64,000 nt of DNA, taken from positions 93,082 through 157,081 of the forward strand of contig NIVC01002608.1 of the NCBI GenBank assembly GCA_002269645.1, given 5' to 3'. This document shows, in pieces, positions 1-14,900 of this stretch (within the stretch, counting starts at the first letter, position 1; each line of letters begins with the position of its first letter). The stretch is from Macrostomum lignano (lineage: Eukaryota). The translations under genes and the position numbers were made by a program. The notes below the pieces were generated by a model. The model was not told the origin of the DNA. It made no database searches and saw only the letters and a list, made by a program, of their open reading frames with translations.

Positions 1-1514
1 TCAATGAACCAAGAAGCACTGGCAGAGAAGTATGAATAATTCAACAGAAAATTTAGCAAGTCAATCACGACCACCTTAGCTGGTGGCATCTTGCCGCTCT
101 CGTCAGCCGTTGTCCAAGAAGATTGCTGCCTCTGCTGCTCCCGAATCGATTCTTCTACGGCCTTCTCTTCCGGGCACTTTCGTTTAATGAAACACTTGCA
201 ACAGCAGATGTTCAGGTAGAAGGCTTTGAACAGCATAGCGGTTGGCTCGCCAATCTTTGTTAGAAAGAGCAGCATGAGTGGAATGCCTAAGATGGCGTAG
301 ATCATGCACACGATCTGGCCCCAGGATGTTCCTGGCGCGATGTGACCGTAGCCTTGAATTGCGGTGCATAGAGAAGGTTAATACTGTGAGCATTATTTTC
401 ATGAATAAGTTTTAACTTGTACTCTCATGTCAACTTGGTGATAGACAAGAAGCTACTGACAAACTATTGCTGAAGCTACTGACAAAGCTTTGTTGAAGCT
501 ACTGACAAAGCATTGTTGAAACTACTGACAAAGCATTGTTGAAGCTACTGACAAGCCATTGTTGAAGCTACTGACAAATCATTGTTGAAGCTACTGACAA
601 GCCATTGTTGAAGCTACTGACAAATCATTGTTGAAGCTACTGACAAAGCATTGTTGAAGCTACTGACAAAGCATTGTTGAAGCTACTGACAAAGCATTGT
701 TGAAGCTACTGACAAATCATTGTTGAAGCTACTGACAAATCATTGTTGAAGCTACTGACAAATCATTGTTGAAGCTACTGACAAATGATTGTTGAAGCTA
801 CTGACAAACCAATGCCCCTCACTCACCAATAGTAGTGATCACAGTCACGCAGAAGTAGGCTGCATTAGCGAAATTCCAATAGGGAATATTGTCGCCCTGC
901 CCCAGCGTAGAGCAGTTCAGCCGCGGGTCCATGCTCAGGGTGTAAATGTCCTTAGCAAAGTCGCTGATTTCAGTAAATATGCTGGCTTTAGCTGCAACCG
1001 CGTTCTTGCCATTCTGAGCCATATTGTAGATCCGATCAACCGCTTCGTTTCTTTTTGACAAGTACTTGTCGTACTTTGTCTGACAGCTTGACACCTCGTT
1101 TTCAACTTCAAGGTATTGGAATAGAAAGCCGCCCATGACCACGTAGAAGATGACGATGACAAAGGTGCCCAGCTGGGACAGCATGATGGAGCCGAAGCGC
1201 TTGCAGCATTTGCGGCATTTGCTCTGACTCGCTGCGTCCTGAGCTTTCGCTGAGCTGTCGGGCGCTCCGTTGTGCTTCACCACCGCCGCGGTGTCCGTCT
1301 CCACGTCGAAGCCGCGAAAGCCCCAAACGCCGCCAGCGTGATGGAATCGGCTGGTGCTGACCGCGGCAGACTTTAGCGGCGGCTGACGCTGCGCTGTGGA
1401 CTTCGCCTGGTAGCTGCCGTCGAACATGTCAGCCTCGAAGCCACCGTTTGAGTACATCGCTGCTGCAGTGATTGAGCATTGTTGGAATAAACTCTGTGCG
1501 TTCTCGAATGCCAT
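1..1514 (-). CDS. Two-pore-domain (K2P/TWIK/KCNK family) potassium channel, 5' part; exons 1514-827 and 352-(~75 or window edge); gene continues beyond position 1
   Basis: ORF 819-1514 has a TM1 (LGTFVIVIFYVVMGGFLFQYLE), a cap region and the pore helix WNFANAAYFCVTVITTI. The donor ATTG|GTGAGT at 827/826 and acceptor ttcaag|GC at 353/352 join to give the K+ filter TTIGYGHIAP, followed by TM2 (GQIVCMIYAILGIPLMLLFL). Confidence 0.93.
448..812. repeat. 23-bp minisatellite (GTTGAAGCTACTGACAAA[G/T]CATT)n in a K2P intron
   Basis: Direct tandem copies visible between the two K2P exons. Confidence 0.95.
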
Positions 1515-1551
1515 AGGTGATTGGACAATTATTGGGGATATGAATGATACT

Positions 1552-2275
1552 TCTCAATCCTACAGGTGACGTCTTTCAATCCTACAGGTGAAGTCTCTCA
1601 ATCCTACAAGTGAACGTCTCTCAATCCTACAGGTGAAGTCTCTCAATCCCACAGGTGACGTCTCTTAATCCTACAGGTGACGTTTCTCAATCCTACAGGT
1701 GACGTTTCTCAATCCTACAGGTGACGTCTCTCAATCCTACAGGTGACGTCTCTCAATCCTACAGGTGACGTTTCTCAATCCTACAGGTGACGTTTCTCAA
1801 TCCTACAGGTGACACACCTCAATCCTACAGGTGACACTCCAATACTACAGGTGAAGTCTCTCAATCCTACAGATGACGTTTCTCAATCCTACAGATGACG
1901 TCTCTCATCCTACAGGTGATGTCTGTCAATCAATCCTACAGGTGACGTTTCTCAATCCTACAGGTGACACACCTCAATCCTACAGGTGACACTCCAATAC
2001 TACAGGTGAAGTCTCTCAATCCTACAGATGACGTTTCTCAATCCTACAGATGACGTCTCTCATCCTACAGGTGATGTCTGTCAATCAATCCTACAGGTGA
2101 CGTTTCTCAATCCTACAGGTGACGTCTCTCAATCCTACAGGTGACGTTTCTCAATCCTACAGGTGACGTTTCTCAATCCTATAGGTGACGTTTCTCAATC
2201 CTACAGGTGACGTTTCTCAATCCTACAGGTGACGTCTCCCAATCCTACAGGTGACGCCTCTCAATACTACAGATG
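1552..2275. repeat. 21-bp minisatellite (TCTCAATCCTACAGGTGACGT)n upstream of the K2P ATG
   Basis: About 30 tandem, slightly variable copies. Confidence 0.95.
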
Positions 2276-3219
2276 CCACGTTTTATTCTATACTGTACAC
2301 ATAGGTAATGCCTCTTAATCATAGAGAACGGTTCACTTTTCAATCACACAAAGGTTCGTTAGTAGCTAGTGTTTTCTACCTGGTTGAATAACAGAGACAT
2401 TCGCATTTACCTTTTCAAGTTTTTATCCAGAATTTCCGATCAACGTTGCGTTGCAAATTTAAACAACTAATTTCAGTTCCTTATAAGTGTAAGACTCAAT
2501 TCAGTCCAGCTCGTTAAATCTGAGATGTCCGTAAATTTTCAAGATATAGATACAGGTAGCTGCATTGTATATACTCCTTCGATAGTCAAACAAAAAACTG
2601 AATCGGTTTTGGCTCCAATGAAATTCGCACACGATGAAGGCTGCTTGGTTGCTAAAGATTCTATTGGCTACAAGCTGAGGAGGGCTACATATGGCTTTTG
2701 GACGTTTAACTGGCTTAGTATTCACGTACGTGTGTATTTAGTTTGCGACGTACGAGCTAGGCTGCATGCCCAAGTTGGTATAGAAGGATGCAGGCCCCAC
2801 AGTTTGGTGAGCAAACACGAGGGGAAGCATACACGATTTCTGGGTGTGGGAGAGCGAGGTAAAGGGAGTTGAGAACACAACTCTATGGAAATTGGGAAGC
2901 TGCGGATGGCGTGCGCCCCGCTAGTTTTCTTTTTTCCCTTTCTACCAGGTAGTTTGCTGGAGTCTGCAGGAGTGGGAAAAGCGAAAAGATCCGCATGGCG
3001 CATGCGTCCCATAGCAACCAGTAAGCCGGAAAAGCGCTTTGTCATTAGCAACGCATACACAGAGGCGGCCTGGAACTGGCTGCTGGAAAAATAACCCCCA
3101 CTGCAAACAGTGGTTGTGCAGCTACAGCTCAGGACATGAGGTAGCTTTAGCCTCAGCTCTCCGGCCAAACAGAAAGCAGCAGATCCGTGTGTTTGTGCTC
3201 GTTCTACCTCCTTTACCCT

Positions 3220-3500
<281 letters not shown>

Positions 3501-4075
3501 AGGGTTTACTAAGGGTTTAGCTGGATCTACTATATCTTAACCCTTAACCTGCTAGGTAAACTATACTCCTCTGTGTTGTATAATTATTTATTTTTGAGAT
3601 CTAACAACAGTGGCAGGTTCTCTAATCTCAATAAATTAATTTTTGTTTAAGCAGTGTTCACTCCAATAGCTTGCAGTGTGTCTGACTACCCAGAGGTTAT
3701 TTGGCCATAGATTTTCTGGTAGATCGGGGGACAAAACCAACAAGAACCCTGAACGGAAAATTCCTTGATTATTAAGCAGGGACTCCAGGTGTTGGCAAAG
3801 TAATTTTCCGCGCCACCCACAGGCACTCATTTTGGTGCTGCAGGTACTTTTTGAAGGCAATGGTGCTGTGACTCGGCCTGATCATGTGCCAACAGCTAGA
3901 CGATCCCTTCAGCGGACAAGCCTTAAGGATCGCTTCAGTCGGACTTGACTTCAATATATAGCTGAGCGTGAGATTGCGTCAAGACACCGAGTCAGTCCAT
4001 CCCTATACAGTAGTGTACGTAGATCCCACAACTCAAACAACGTTCCTGAAGAGAGCTACATGTAGTATACATGTA

Positions 4076-4802
4076 CCTTTTTGAGATCTAGTTTGCCAAA
4101 ACTGTGCCAATCAATTTTGCCCGCGGAAAAATATCACTTATTATTTTGCTGTCTAGGCCAAGTCTGCTCAGTCGATCATGACCAGAGTTTCAGCCACAGA
4201 CAACTCCGAAAACTGCAAAAATTTTTGCCAAAACTGCGACCTAGTTTGCCCATAGCAAGCCAAGAAGAATTTTATTAAGAATCAATTCGGAAGTGTGACG
4301 AAATACACTGTAACAGTGAACAATAAACAGCGAGTTTATAATGGTAGACGTAGGCACAAATGTTCTCAATCATAGCATTGTTAAGGGACCTCCGCTTGGC
4401 ACCTCCGCGAGGCAGAGGCTCTATACGACCGGTTGCATTGAATTGTCCAACTATATGTAAGTCACGGTTCTTCGTGAGATGCCCAACACAGCCTACTGAA
4501 ATCTTACCAGTCCTCTCCATCCTGATATGCTTGAATCAATCGCTGCCGGTCCTTCGCTGAAATCCCGTTATAAGGTCCACGCTGGGCCATTCTTTGATCT
4601 TGTTATGTATGTCTGTGGTGTTTTCTTTGCTATGGGCAAACTAGGTCGCAGTTTTGGCAAAATTGATTGCAGTTTTCAGAGTTGTCTGTGGCTGAAACTC
4701 TGGTCATGACTGAGCAGACTTGGCATAGACAGCAAAATTATAAGTGATGTTTTTCCGCGGGCAAAATTGATTGCAGTTTTAGCAAACTAGATCGCAAAAA
4801 GG
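4076..4802. mobile_element. Non-autonomous Tc1/mariner-type element (MITE-like) with ~180-bp TIRs and TA TSD
   Basis: Left end TA|CCTTTTTGAGATCTAGTTTGCC (TA at 4074-75) and right end GCAAACTAGATCGCAAAAAGG|TA (TA at 4803-04). The inverted match extends over ~4076-4258 vs ~4627-4802. The interior minus-strand peptide TGRIEPLPRGGAKRRSL resembles a Tc1/IS630 N-terminal segment. Confidence 0.8.
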
Positions 4803-5964
4803 TATATTACCATGCAAATTAAGCTAAGCAAACTCACTGTTAATTTTCTTCGAAGACCGCGGTAGCTATATACTTCACGGTGCCGGTGGAGCGAGGCAAA
4901 GCGGCCGAGTGGTTTCTTATGTTAGTGCGTTTCATGTTGTAAATTGAGTCATCAAGATATAGGTTCCACAGGCGCGCGATCTCCGTCGCTCACCCCAACA
5001 TATTTTATATAATTTGTCACATCATCCCTCGACACCGCGGCCCAAACGGCAACTGCTATTTCTCGGCTGTCGATTGGTCGGCAAAAGCGCGTACACAACG
5101 AATAAACCATAACTGAGGAAAGGGGGGACGCGATCGACGGGCAGTTTTAGCCAATCATCACAGAATGCGGATCGTGGACGGTCACAGCTAGGGGGCTGGC
5201 GTGTAAAACATCTTAGCATTTAGCAATTGGAGCCACCAGACAAAGCGGGAGATGGTGCATGGGCACGTGAGGAAAGGTTCATGGGTGCACCCGAATAGTC
5301 GCTTGATCAACAGTGCAAGTGCACGCCGGTACAACAAAAAATAGGCAAAAATTCTTGATTTACATGTACCATCTTAATGCAAGTGTCCACCCAACGGCAA
5401 TGCCCTGTGTTTACCAGCTAGACCCACATTAACTTATTTGCCCAATAAAATATTAGCATTGGCTTTACTGATATACTTGAGAAAAAAATCAAATCTGTTT
5501 GACTTTATACATGTAACTCCGTTTTAAATGTCAATTAAGTTTATAACATTATCATCGCTAAGGCATTCCTTTTCCGGGTAGTGTTTTTGGGCTTATATTT
5601 TTCGTTTTATAGTATGCTGTAGGAGCCGACAAGTGTAGAAAAACGTTGAAAATATAACAAATAGAACTTTTTGCGATTTTCAATTTCTATAGATTTACGG
5701 GTTTTTAAGCAACCGATGATGACGTAGTTACCGAGATTGTATTCTTTCAAATAGCATATTTTCGTAGATTGTAATTTCCGAGTGAACACCAACCACACCG
5801 CACTTAGGGCTAGGTCTTGAGGCTGATTAAACTGGTAATAGCCATTTAAGATATTATAAAAATTGTAGTAGCAAGATAATTTTTAATACAGTGCTGATTG
5901 AGTTACTAGATCTTTGACTGCAAAACAGTACTTCAAATCTCTTCTCTTGCTCTGTATTTTCAAG

Positions 5965-8900
5965 ATGCTTCGTGAAGTTTTTTCAAAAGGAAAGGATTTA
6001 GCTGAAAAAGTGTAAGTGCAACTCGTTTTTTGTTGAAAAAATGCTGTTTTTTCGGATTTTGTTTAAGTTTTCATGAAGTAGCTCTGTTTTGGGCCATTTA
6101 GGTTTAATCAAATTACAGCATTTTTATAACTATTATAATATGAGGCCTATAGTCAATGTCTTTTCACCCATTAATTTTGAAAAAGATTTAGAGGAAATGA
6201 ATTTAATGACCTGCAGATAGTGAATGTGAATTTATGTGATCAGTTTAATTTTGCTTTTTGTTTTTTGCATTTTGCATTTAAAATTATTATAAAAACTACA
6301 TTTTAGTAGGGTAGAACAAATAAATTATTTTATCAACTATGGCAAAAAATGACCTTTTTTGCTAGAGGAAGTGCTTTATATAGATGCATAGTCACTATAC
6401 TATAAAAATAATCCAATAATAATAATATGGTGCCATGGCAATTGTGACAATAAACTATATAAGCTATCTTATTGAATATAGAACATTTCAAAACTAATGA
6501 TTATACTTATAACAAAATTTGATATATTGACATGAATGATAAATCATTGCTAATGTGACTAAAAAATCATATTGTTTTACTTTGGTGGGCTAGATAATCT
6601 TTTACTATAAAGGTTATTACAATTTACTTCCAAGGATATTGAATATATCTCTACTTTTTTGCTTGTGTTGTGATATAATAATATAATAATAATGCTCAAA
6701 ATAAAAAAAAATTATATTATTTATAATATTGCATATATTTTTGTATTTCTAGAGACTACTTTACTGCAACAAAATACTTAGACATATTTAGTAAAAAAAT
6801 TAGCTTTTAATCATGTTAGGCAATAGTGTTGCCATATATTAAATATTAATAATAATATTTCTTTTTGTAACAATAATCTATTCCATATACTAAAAATGGT
6901 CTGTGTGTGTGTGTGTGATCAATTTTAGCAAAAACGGCTCAACCAATTTTGTTCAAACTTGCACTGTTTGATTAGAAATTTTCTGGTGACGGTACATGCA
7001 ACGTGGCTAAGAAATTGCTCTATGCTAAAGGGATTAAATATTCGAAAAACATGCTTTTTTGCAAAGGTCAAGCAACTCTTTCGACTTGAAATGCATTGTA
7101 AGAATGCTAGAGAAAAAACTGACTGGTTGAATTCTGATTCTGAAATAGATTGCATCATCACAATAGGCTTTTTTTATCGTCTGTGTATTGGCTAAATTTT
7201 GACACTGAATTGAATTGCGTGACAGTATTGAATAACGCAGTGTGGAAGCATAGCACAATAATTGATTTATATTGCGTAACCATATTGCTAACTTTAATAG
7301 AGACTGGTACTGACTTGCCTAAGAAATTGTCATAAATGCTTCGTGTGACTTTTACTCAATTGACTTGGTATGAGTATTGCATTATATAAGTGCTACAAAT
7401 TAATTTATAATTTCAATGAGAGCTAGCCTAGATGTGAACACACTGGACTGCTAATGCAGCAACCTGGGTTCAAATCTTAGTAATGTATTAAAAAATATAA
7501 GTAGCATAAATTTTTTATAATTAATTAAAAAGACCTGGATTATGGCGCTGGATAAACCAAGGATTATTGCACTTGATAAGCCAAGGATTACTGCACTTGA
7601 TAAACCAAGGATTATTGCACTTGATAAGCCAACGATTATTGCACTTGATAAACCAAGGATTATTGCACTTGATAAGCCAAAGATTACTGCGCTTGATAAA
7701 CCAAGGATTATTGCACTTGATAAGCCAAGGATTATTGCACTTGATAAACCAAGAATTACTGCACTTGATAAACCAAGGATTATTGCACTTGATAAGCAAA
7801 AGATTACTGCGCTTGATAAACCTAGGATTATTGCACTTGATGAGCCAAGGATTATTGCACTTGATAAACCAAGAATTACTGCACTTGATAAACCAAGGAT
7901 TATTGCACTTGATAAGCAAAAGATTACTGCGCTTGATAAACCTAGGATTATTGCACTTGATAAGCCAAGGATTATTGCACTTGATAAACCAAGAATTACT
8001 GCACTTGATAAACCAAGGATTATTGCACTTGATAAGCAAAAGATTACTGCGCTTGATAAACCTAGGATTATTGCACTTGATAAGCCAAGGATTATTGCAC
8101 TTGATAAACCAAGAATTACTGCACTTGATAAACCAAGGATTATTGCACTTGATAAGCAAAAGATTACTGCGCTTGATAAACCAAGGATTGTTGCACTTGA
8201 TAAGCCAAAGATTACTGCGCTAGACAAACCAAGGATTATTGCACTAGATTAGAAAGGGCTATTGCACTAGCCCAGACATCGAGTTTTGGACTTGATGAGT
8301 AAAGGATTATTGCACTAGCTGAGAAGCTGATTATTGCGCTGTCTAAAAAAGAGATTATTGCGCTCGCTGAGACGTGGATTGTTTCACAACCTGAGAAAGC
8401 GGTTATTGCATTAGCGGAGGTAACATTTGTACTAGCTACTTGCTGTCTCGTGGATGCTTGCTATCTGGAGGATGCGTGCTCTCAAGGGGGGATACTTGCT
8501 ATTTGGGAGTTGGGGGGTACTGGCTACATGTATGGGATTCTTTCTATCCAGGGATGCTTGCTATTTAGGTGGATGCTTTAACAATATCTGGGGGATGCTT
8601 GCTATCTGGGTGGATGCTTCAATCTGAGGGATGCTTGATATCTGCAGATGCTTGGTATCTTGGGTGATGCTTGCTATGAGCATTAGAGGATGCTTGCTAT
8701 CTGCAGTTGTTTACTTTTGGAGGGGGTGCTTGCTGACTTGGGAATATTTTCTATTTATAGGAAGCTATATTTTGTTGTCTGTTTGTTAATTTTAGAGAAA
8801 AGGTGATACTTTCACTTTGCAAACACCTTTGTCCGTGGCAATTTTACACGAATAAGGTGATTTATAAAAGTGAAGAAGGAATGGGTGTTTAAGAAAATGT

Positions 8901-11900
8901 GCTTTTTTATTGTTTTCCATGAACTATTTTTGCTCCTTTCTTTTTGGGCGCCCCGAAGGGGGCCGCACTAGATTGCTATTATAGTTCTATCTTTGAATTA
9001 AGAAATTCTCACTTTAGACTCTGGCTTAAATGTTACTAAACTGAACTAAACTAAAAGTAGGCCTAGTTGTTTTCTATGGGTTTATTTATAAATGCCATAG
9101 GTACCTATTTTTTGCAGATGCAATAGTATTCTATAGCCATAGCTAGAATTAAATTGAAATGCTAGTTTTATTATATTTTAAGCTAGGCTTCTATTAGGCA
9201 CAGAAGTTAAAATAGTAAATGGATCTTGATCTCTCTGAGTTCTAATTGTTAATTCTATGGCACTATTGTCAATCTAGCCAATTTATTACCCCAAACTGAA
9301 CCCTGCCTGCAGCACCAATGTGGTGATGAACTACACGGAGCTGGAGGGCAAGGTAAGAGAAGCCACAAACGATGAAGCCTGGGGTCCACACGGCGAGGTG
9401 ATGCAAGAATTGGCCAATGCTACCATGAGCTACGAACAGTTTCCTGAGGTCATGGGCATGCTCTGGAAACGGATGCTTTTCGATAATAAGCGAAACTGGC
9501 GCCGTGTTTACAAGGTTTGTTTGATTGCTGAATCCGCCTCTGATCTCTCAGTCCTTGAGAATCTGCCTCTGATCCCTCAGTCCTTTGAGAATCTGCCTCT
9601 GATCTCTCAGTCCTTGAGAATCTGCCTCTGATCCCTCAGTCCTTGAGAATCTGCCTCTGATCTCTCAGTCCTTGAGAATCTGCCTCTGATCCCTCAGTCC
9701 TTTGAGAATCTGCCTCTGATCCCTCAGTCCTTTGAGAATCTGCCTCTGATCCCTCAGTCCTTTGAGAATCTGCCTCTGATCCCTCAGTCCTTTGAGAATC
9801 TGCCTCTGATCTCTCAGTCCTTGAGAATCTGCCTCTGATCTCTCAGTCCTTGAGAATCTGCCTCTGATCTCTCAATCCTTGAGAATCTGGCCTCTGATTC
9901 CCAAGTCCTTGAGAATCTGCCTCTGATCTCTCAATCCTTGAGAATCTGGCCTCTGATTCCCAAGTCCTTGAGAATCTGCCTCTGATCTCTCAGTCCTTGA
10001 GAATCTGCCTCTGATCTCTCAGTCCTTTGGGAATCTGCCTCTGATCTCTCAGTCCTTTGGGAATCTGCCTCTGATCTCTCAGTCCTTGAGAATCTGCCTC
10101 TGATCCCTCAGTCCTTGAGAATCTGCCTCTGATCTCTCAGTCCTTTGAGAATCTGCCTCTGATCTCTCAGTCCTTTGAGAATCTGCCTCTGATCTCTCAG
10201 TCCTTTGAGAATCTGCCTCTGATCTCTCAGTCCTTTGAGAATCTGCCTCTGATCTCTCAGTCCTTTGAGAATCTGCCTCTGATCTCTCAGTCCTTTGAGA
10301 ATCTGCCTCTGATCTCTCAGTCCTTTGAGAATCCGCCTCTGATCTCTCAGTCCTTTGAAAATCTGCCTCGGATCTCTCAGTCGTTTGAGAATCTGCCTCT
10401 GATCCCTCAGTCCTTTGAGAATCTGCCTCTGATCCCTCAGTCCTTTGAGAATCTGCCTCTGATCTCTCAGCTCAGTCCTTGAGAATCTGCCTCTGATCTC
10501 TCAGTCCTTGAGAATCTGCCTCTGATCTCTCAGCTCAGTATTTGAGAATCTGCCTCTGATCGCTCAGTCCTTTGAGAATCTACCTATCCGCTTCCTCAGT
10601 TCTGGATGCCACCCCCTATATTCAACAGTCCCTCCTGCTGCTCACCTACCTGATTCGACACGGTTCGGAGCGAGTGGTCACCAGCGCCCGAGAGCACATC
10701 TACGACCTGAGAGGGCTCGAGTCCTACCAGTTTGTTGATGAGCGCGGCAAAGATGAAGGAATAAATAGTGAGTGCACAGGGTGGCTTACTGGAAGCTGAA
10801 AACTTGAGATTTGCTTTGAATATTCTTTCTTACCTGCTGCGGTGCGGATTGTTAAAGCCTAAATGAAGCATTTTTCTGTAAAAACCACAGAATGCGAGTA
10901 TACCCATCCCCTCTCTAGAATCTCCCCACTGTCTTTAAAGTCTACCAATGATTTTAAGATGTTCCCCATTCCGATAATCTCCCCATTATGAGATGAGAAT
11001 ATTCCCACCCATCAGAATATCTCTAAATTTTGAAATGCTTTTTTGTCCTATACACTCTATCCTATACCATATTCTTTACCCTTATCCTATACCCCTATCC
11101 TATGCCCCTATCATTTACCCTTATCCTATACCCTTATCCTATACCCCTATCCTTTACCCTTATCCTATACCCCTATCCTATACCCCCAATCATACTCGTA
11201 TACCCCCATCCTATAACCCAATCCAAAACCCCTTATCCAATACTGTATACCCCTATCCTATACTCCCCTATCCTATACCCCCTATCCTATTCCCCGCTAT
11301 CATATGCCCCCCATCCTATACATCCCTATCCTATACTCCCCTATCCTATACCCTCCTATCCTATACCCCTATCCTATACCCGCAGTTCGGCACAAGGCCC
11401 ACGAGCTGGTGGAATTCATTCAAGACGACGACAAGCTTCGCGAGGAGCGCAAAGCTGCCCGCAAGAATCGTGACAAATATACTGGCTATTCGGGCAACTC
11501 CTTCAGCGGCGGTAGCGGCTTTGGCAGTGGCGGATACGGAGGTACCTGGGAAAGCTGGTTTACCTGGGCATAATACCTGGTTTACCTGGGCATAATACCT
11601 GGTTTACCTGGGAATAATACCTGGTTTACCTGGGCATAATACCCGATTTACCTGGGAATAATACCCGGTTTACCTGGGAATAATACCCGGTTTACCTGGG
11701 CATAATACCTGGTTTACCTGGGCATAATACCCGGTTTACCTGGGCATAATACCTGGTTTACCTGGGCATAATACCTGGTTTACCTGGGCATAATACCTGG
11801 TTTACTTGGGCATAATACCTGGTTTACCTGGGCATAATACCTGGTTTACCTGGGCATAATACCTGGTTTACCTGGGCATAATACCTGGTTTACCTGGGCA

Positions 11901-14900
11901 TAATACCTGGTTTACCTGGACATAATACCTGGTTTACCTGGGCATAATACCTGATTTACCTGGGCATAATACCTGGTTTACCTGGGCATAATACCTGGTT
12001 TACCTGGGCATAATACCTGATTTACCTGGATTATCTGGGCTACCTGGTTTACCTGCGCTATCTGGGCTATTGATGGTTTACCTGGGCTCACTTGCGTTAA
12101 TTGTTTTACCTGATTGGGCAAGAGTACGAGTGTAGCTAAGCGCCCACATTAACTTAGGGCTCATGCACGAAGATTGGCTGGGAGGAGGTTGTCAATGCGA
12201 TTGATGGGCTTTCTAATGGGACTTTCTAATATTTGCAAAATGCCTACTGTAAAACATACTATTTAGTGTAAGAAAATGTAAATTTCCATTTATTCAAGGC
12301 GGCGCCTTCTCCGACAACTATGGTGGCGGCGGTAGCGGCTGTGGCGGCAGCCAATTGGGCGAAATAGACGACTGGGAGGGTGGCCGGTACCGCACGATGA
12401 AGGACGACGTGATTGACCGGGTCAAGGACATCTGGAGCGCTCGCCGGCCGCCGGTAGACGAAGATTTCAAGTGAGCCTCTGTTGCTAATAGCATTCGAGC
12501 ACTTTTTTGAGCGCTTGTTTAATTTATGGTGAGGCATTGTCTTTTCAAACTTTGAAAAATGTCTGAATTCTCCAAAGGAATCTGTCTGAATTCCCCATAA
12601 GAATCTGTTCTGAATTCCCCATAAGAATTTTTCTGAATTCCCCATAAGAATCTGTCTGAATTCCCCATAAGAATCTGTCTGAATTCCCCATAAGAATCTG
12701 TCTGAATTCCCCATAAGAATCTGTTTGAATTCCCCATAAGAATCTGTCTGAATTCCCCATAAGAATCTGTCTGAATTCCCCATAAGAATCTGTTTGAATT
12801 CCCCATAAGAATCTGTCTGAATTCCCCATAAGAATCTGTCTGAATTCCCCATAAGAATCTGTCTGAATTCCCCATAAGAACTTGTCTGAATTCCCCATAA
12901 GAATCTGTCTGAATTCCCCATAAGAATCTGTCTGAATTCCCCATAAGAATCTGTCTGAATTCCCCATAAGAACTTGTCTGAATTCCCCATAAGAATCTGT
13001 CTGAATTCCCCATAAGAATCTTTCTGAATTCCCCATAAGAATCTGTTTGAATTCCCCATAAGAATCTGTCTGAATTCCCCATAAGAATCTGTCTGAATTC
13101 CCGATAAGAATCTGTCTGAATTCCCCATAAGAACTTGTCTGAATTCCCCATAAGAATCTGTCTGAATTCCCCATAAGAATCTGTCTGAATTCCCCATAAG
13201 AATCTGTCTGAATTCCCCATAAGAATCTGTCTGAATTCCCCATAAGAATCTGTCTGAATTCCCATAAGAATCTGTCTGAATTCCCCATAAGAATCTGTCT
13301 GAATTCCCCATAAGAATCTGTCTGAATTCCCTATAAGAATCTGCCTGAATTCCCCATAAGAATCTGTCTGAATTCTACATAAGAATCTGTCTGAATTCCC
13401 ATAAGAATCTGTCTGAATTCCCATAAGAATCTGTCTGAATTCCCCATAAGAATCTGTCTGAATTCTACATAAGAATCTGTCTGAATTCCCCATAAGAATC
13501 TGTCTGAATTCCCATAAGAATCTGTCTGAATTCCCCATAAGAATCTGTCTGAATTCCCCATAAGAATCTGTCTGAATTTCCTATAAGAATCTGCCTGAAA
13601 TCCCCCATTAGAATCGGCCTGAAATCCCTTAAAGTATCACCCAGATTTGATATAAGTTGAGTTTGAATATGACCCACTAAACTTCACTGAAGACATTCCT
13701 TTATATTGTTGTTTTTCTTCCCCTAAACTACCCATGCTACTATATAAGTAGCAAAGGCAGCAGAGCTCACGGCAATGCAAACAATGCAAAGCCTGTGTCT
13801 GGCATAACATTTGATCCGCCCTGCATGGCCCAAGGCTACAGAAAGTTTGGGTTTGTAATCTAGCTGAGAATCAAATCTTGACTGCCTTAAGCTTAAATTC
13901 GGAGTTAACAATAAGCAGCATGATTTGATTTGCTAAACGTTCACATAAATAACTAATCAATAGTGTGATTGAACACTGGCAAGTCTATTTGTTATCTACT
14001 TCAACTTTTAAGTCAAATGCACTGGCTGTTTTATCTGGCATAAACGGGATATCCGCAAATGAATTTCTATGATTTCTATGACTAACACGGGCACTTTCGG
14101 GAATGTTTAAAAAATTCTCATTTTTGTAGGTCTACTACAATATCTTATCTTCATTTGAGCAGCTGTGAACAGAGTTATTTATGAAAAAAGTTGAATATTT
14201 CAGCTTTTAGTTTTACCCCAATCTGAGTCATTCATTACTCTCGGTTTTTTAATTCTTGTATGATAGTCAATATGTGAAGCACCGTTCCAGAACCCAAACT
14301 ACCGAAACCACCACATACCCCATACTACCACATCATTCCCCACACCTCACAGGCCCATCATTCCCCACACCTCACAGGCCCATCATTCCCCACACCTCAC
14401 AAACCCATCATTTCCCACACCTCACAAACCCATCATTCCCCACACCTCACAGGCCCATCATTCCCCACACCTCAGAGGCCCATCATTCCCCACATCTCAC
14501 AGGCCCATCATTTCCCACACCTCACAAACCCATCATTCCCCACACCTCAGAGGCCCATCATTCCCCACACCTCACAGGCCCATCATTCCCCACACCTCAC
14601 AAACCCATTATTTCCCACACCTCACAGGCCCATCATTCCCCACACCTCACAGGCCCATCATTCCCCACACCTCACAAACCCATTATTTCCCACACCTCAC
14701 AAACCCATCATTCCCCACACCTCACAGGCCCATCATTCCCCACACCTCAGAGGCCCATCATTCCCCACACCTCACAGGCCCATCATTTCCCACACCTCAC
14801 AAACCCATCATTCCCCACACCTCAGAGGCCCATCATTCCCCACACCTCACAGGCCCATCATTTCCCACACCTCACAAACCCATCATTCCCCACACCTCAG

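Noticed and set aside
1552-2275. Repeat unit contains CTACAG|GTGA (acceptor plus donor-like) and is a multiple of 3, suggesting micro-exons
   Set aside because: The signals are on the strand opposite to K2P, and there is no evidence for a + strand gene here.
4885-4985. tRNA/SINE-like GGCCGAGTGGTT A-box
   Set aside because: No convincing B-box or cloverleaf follows.
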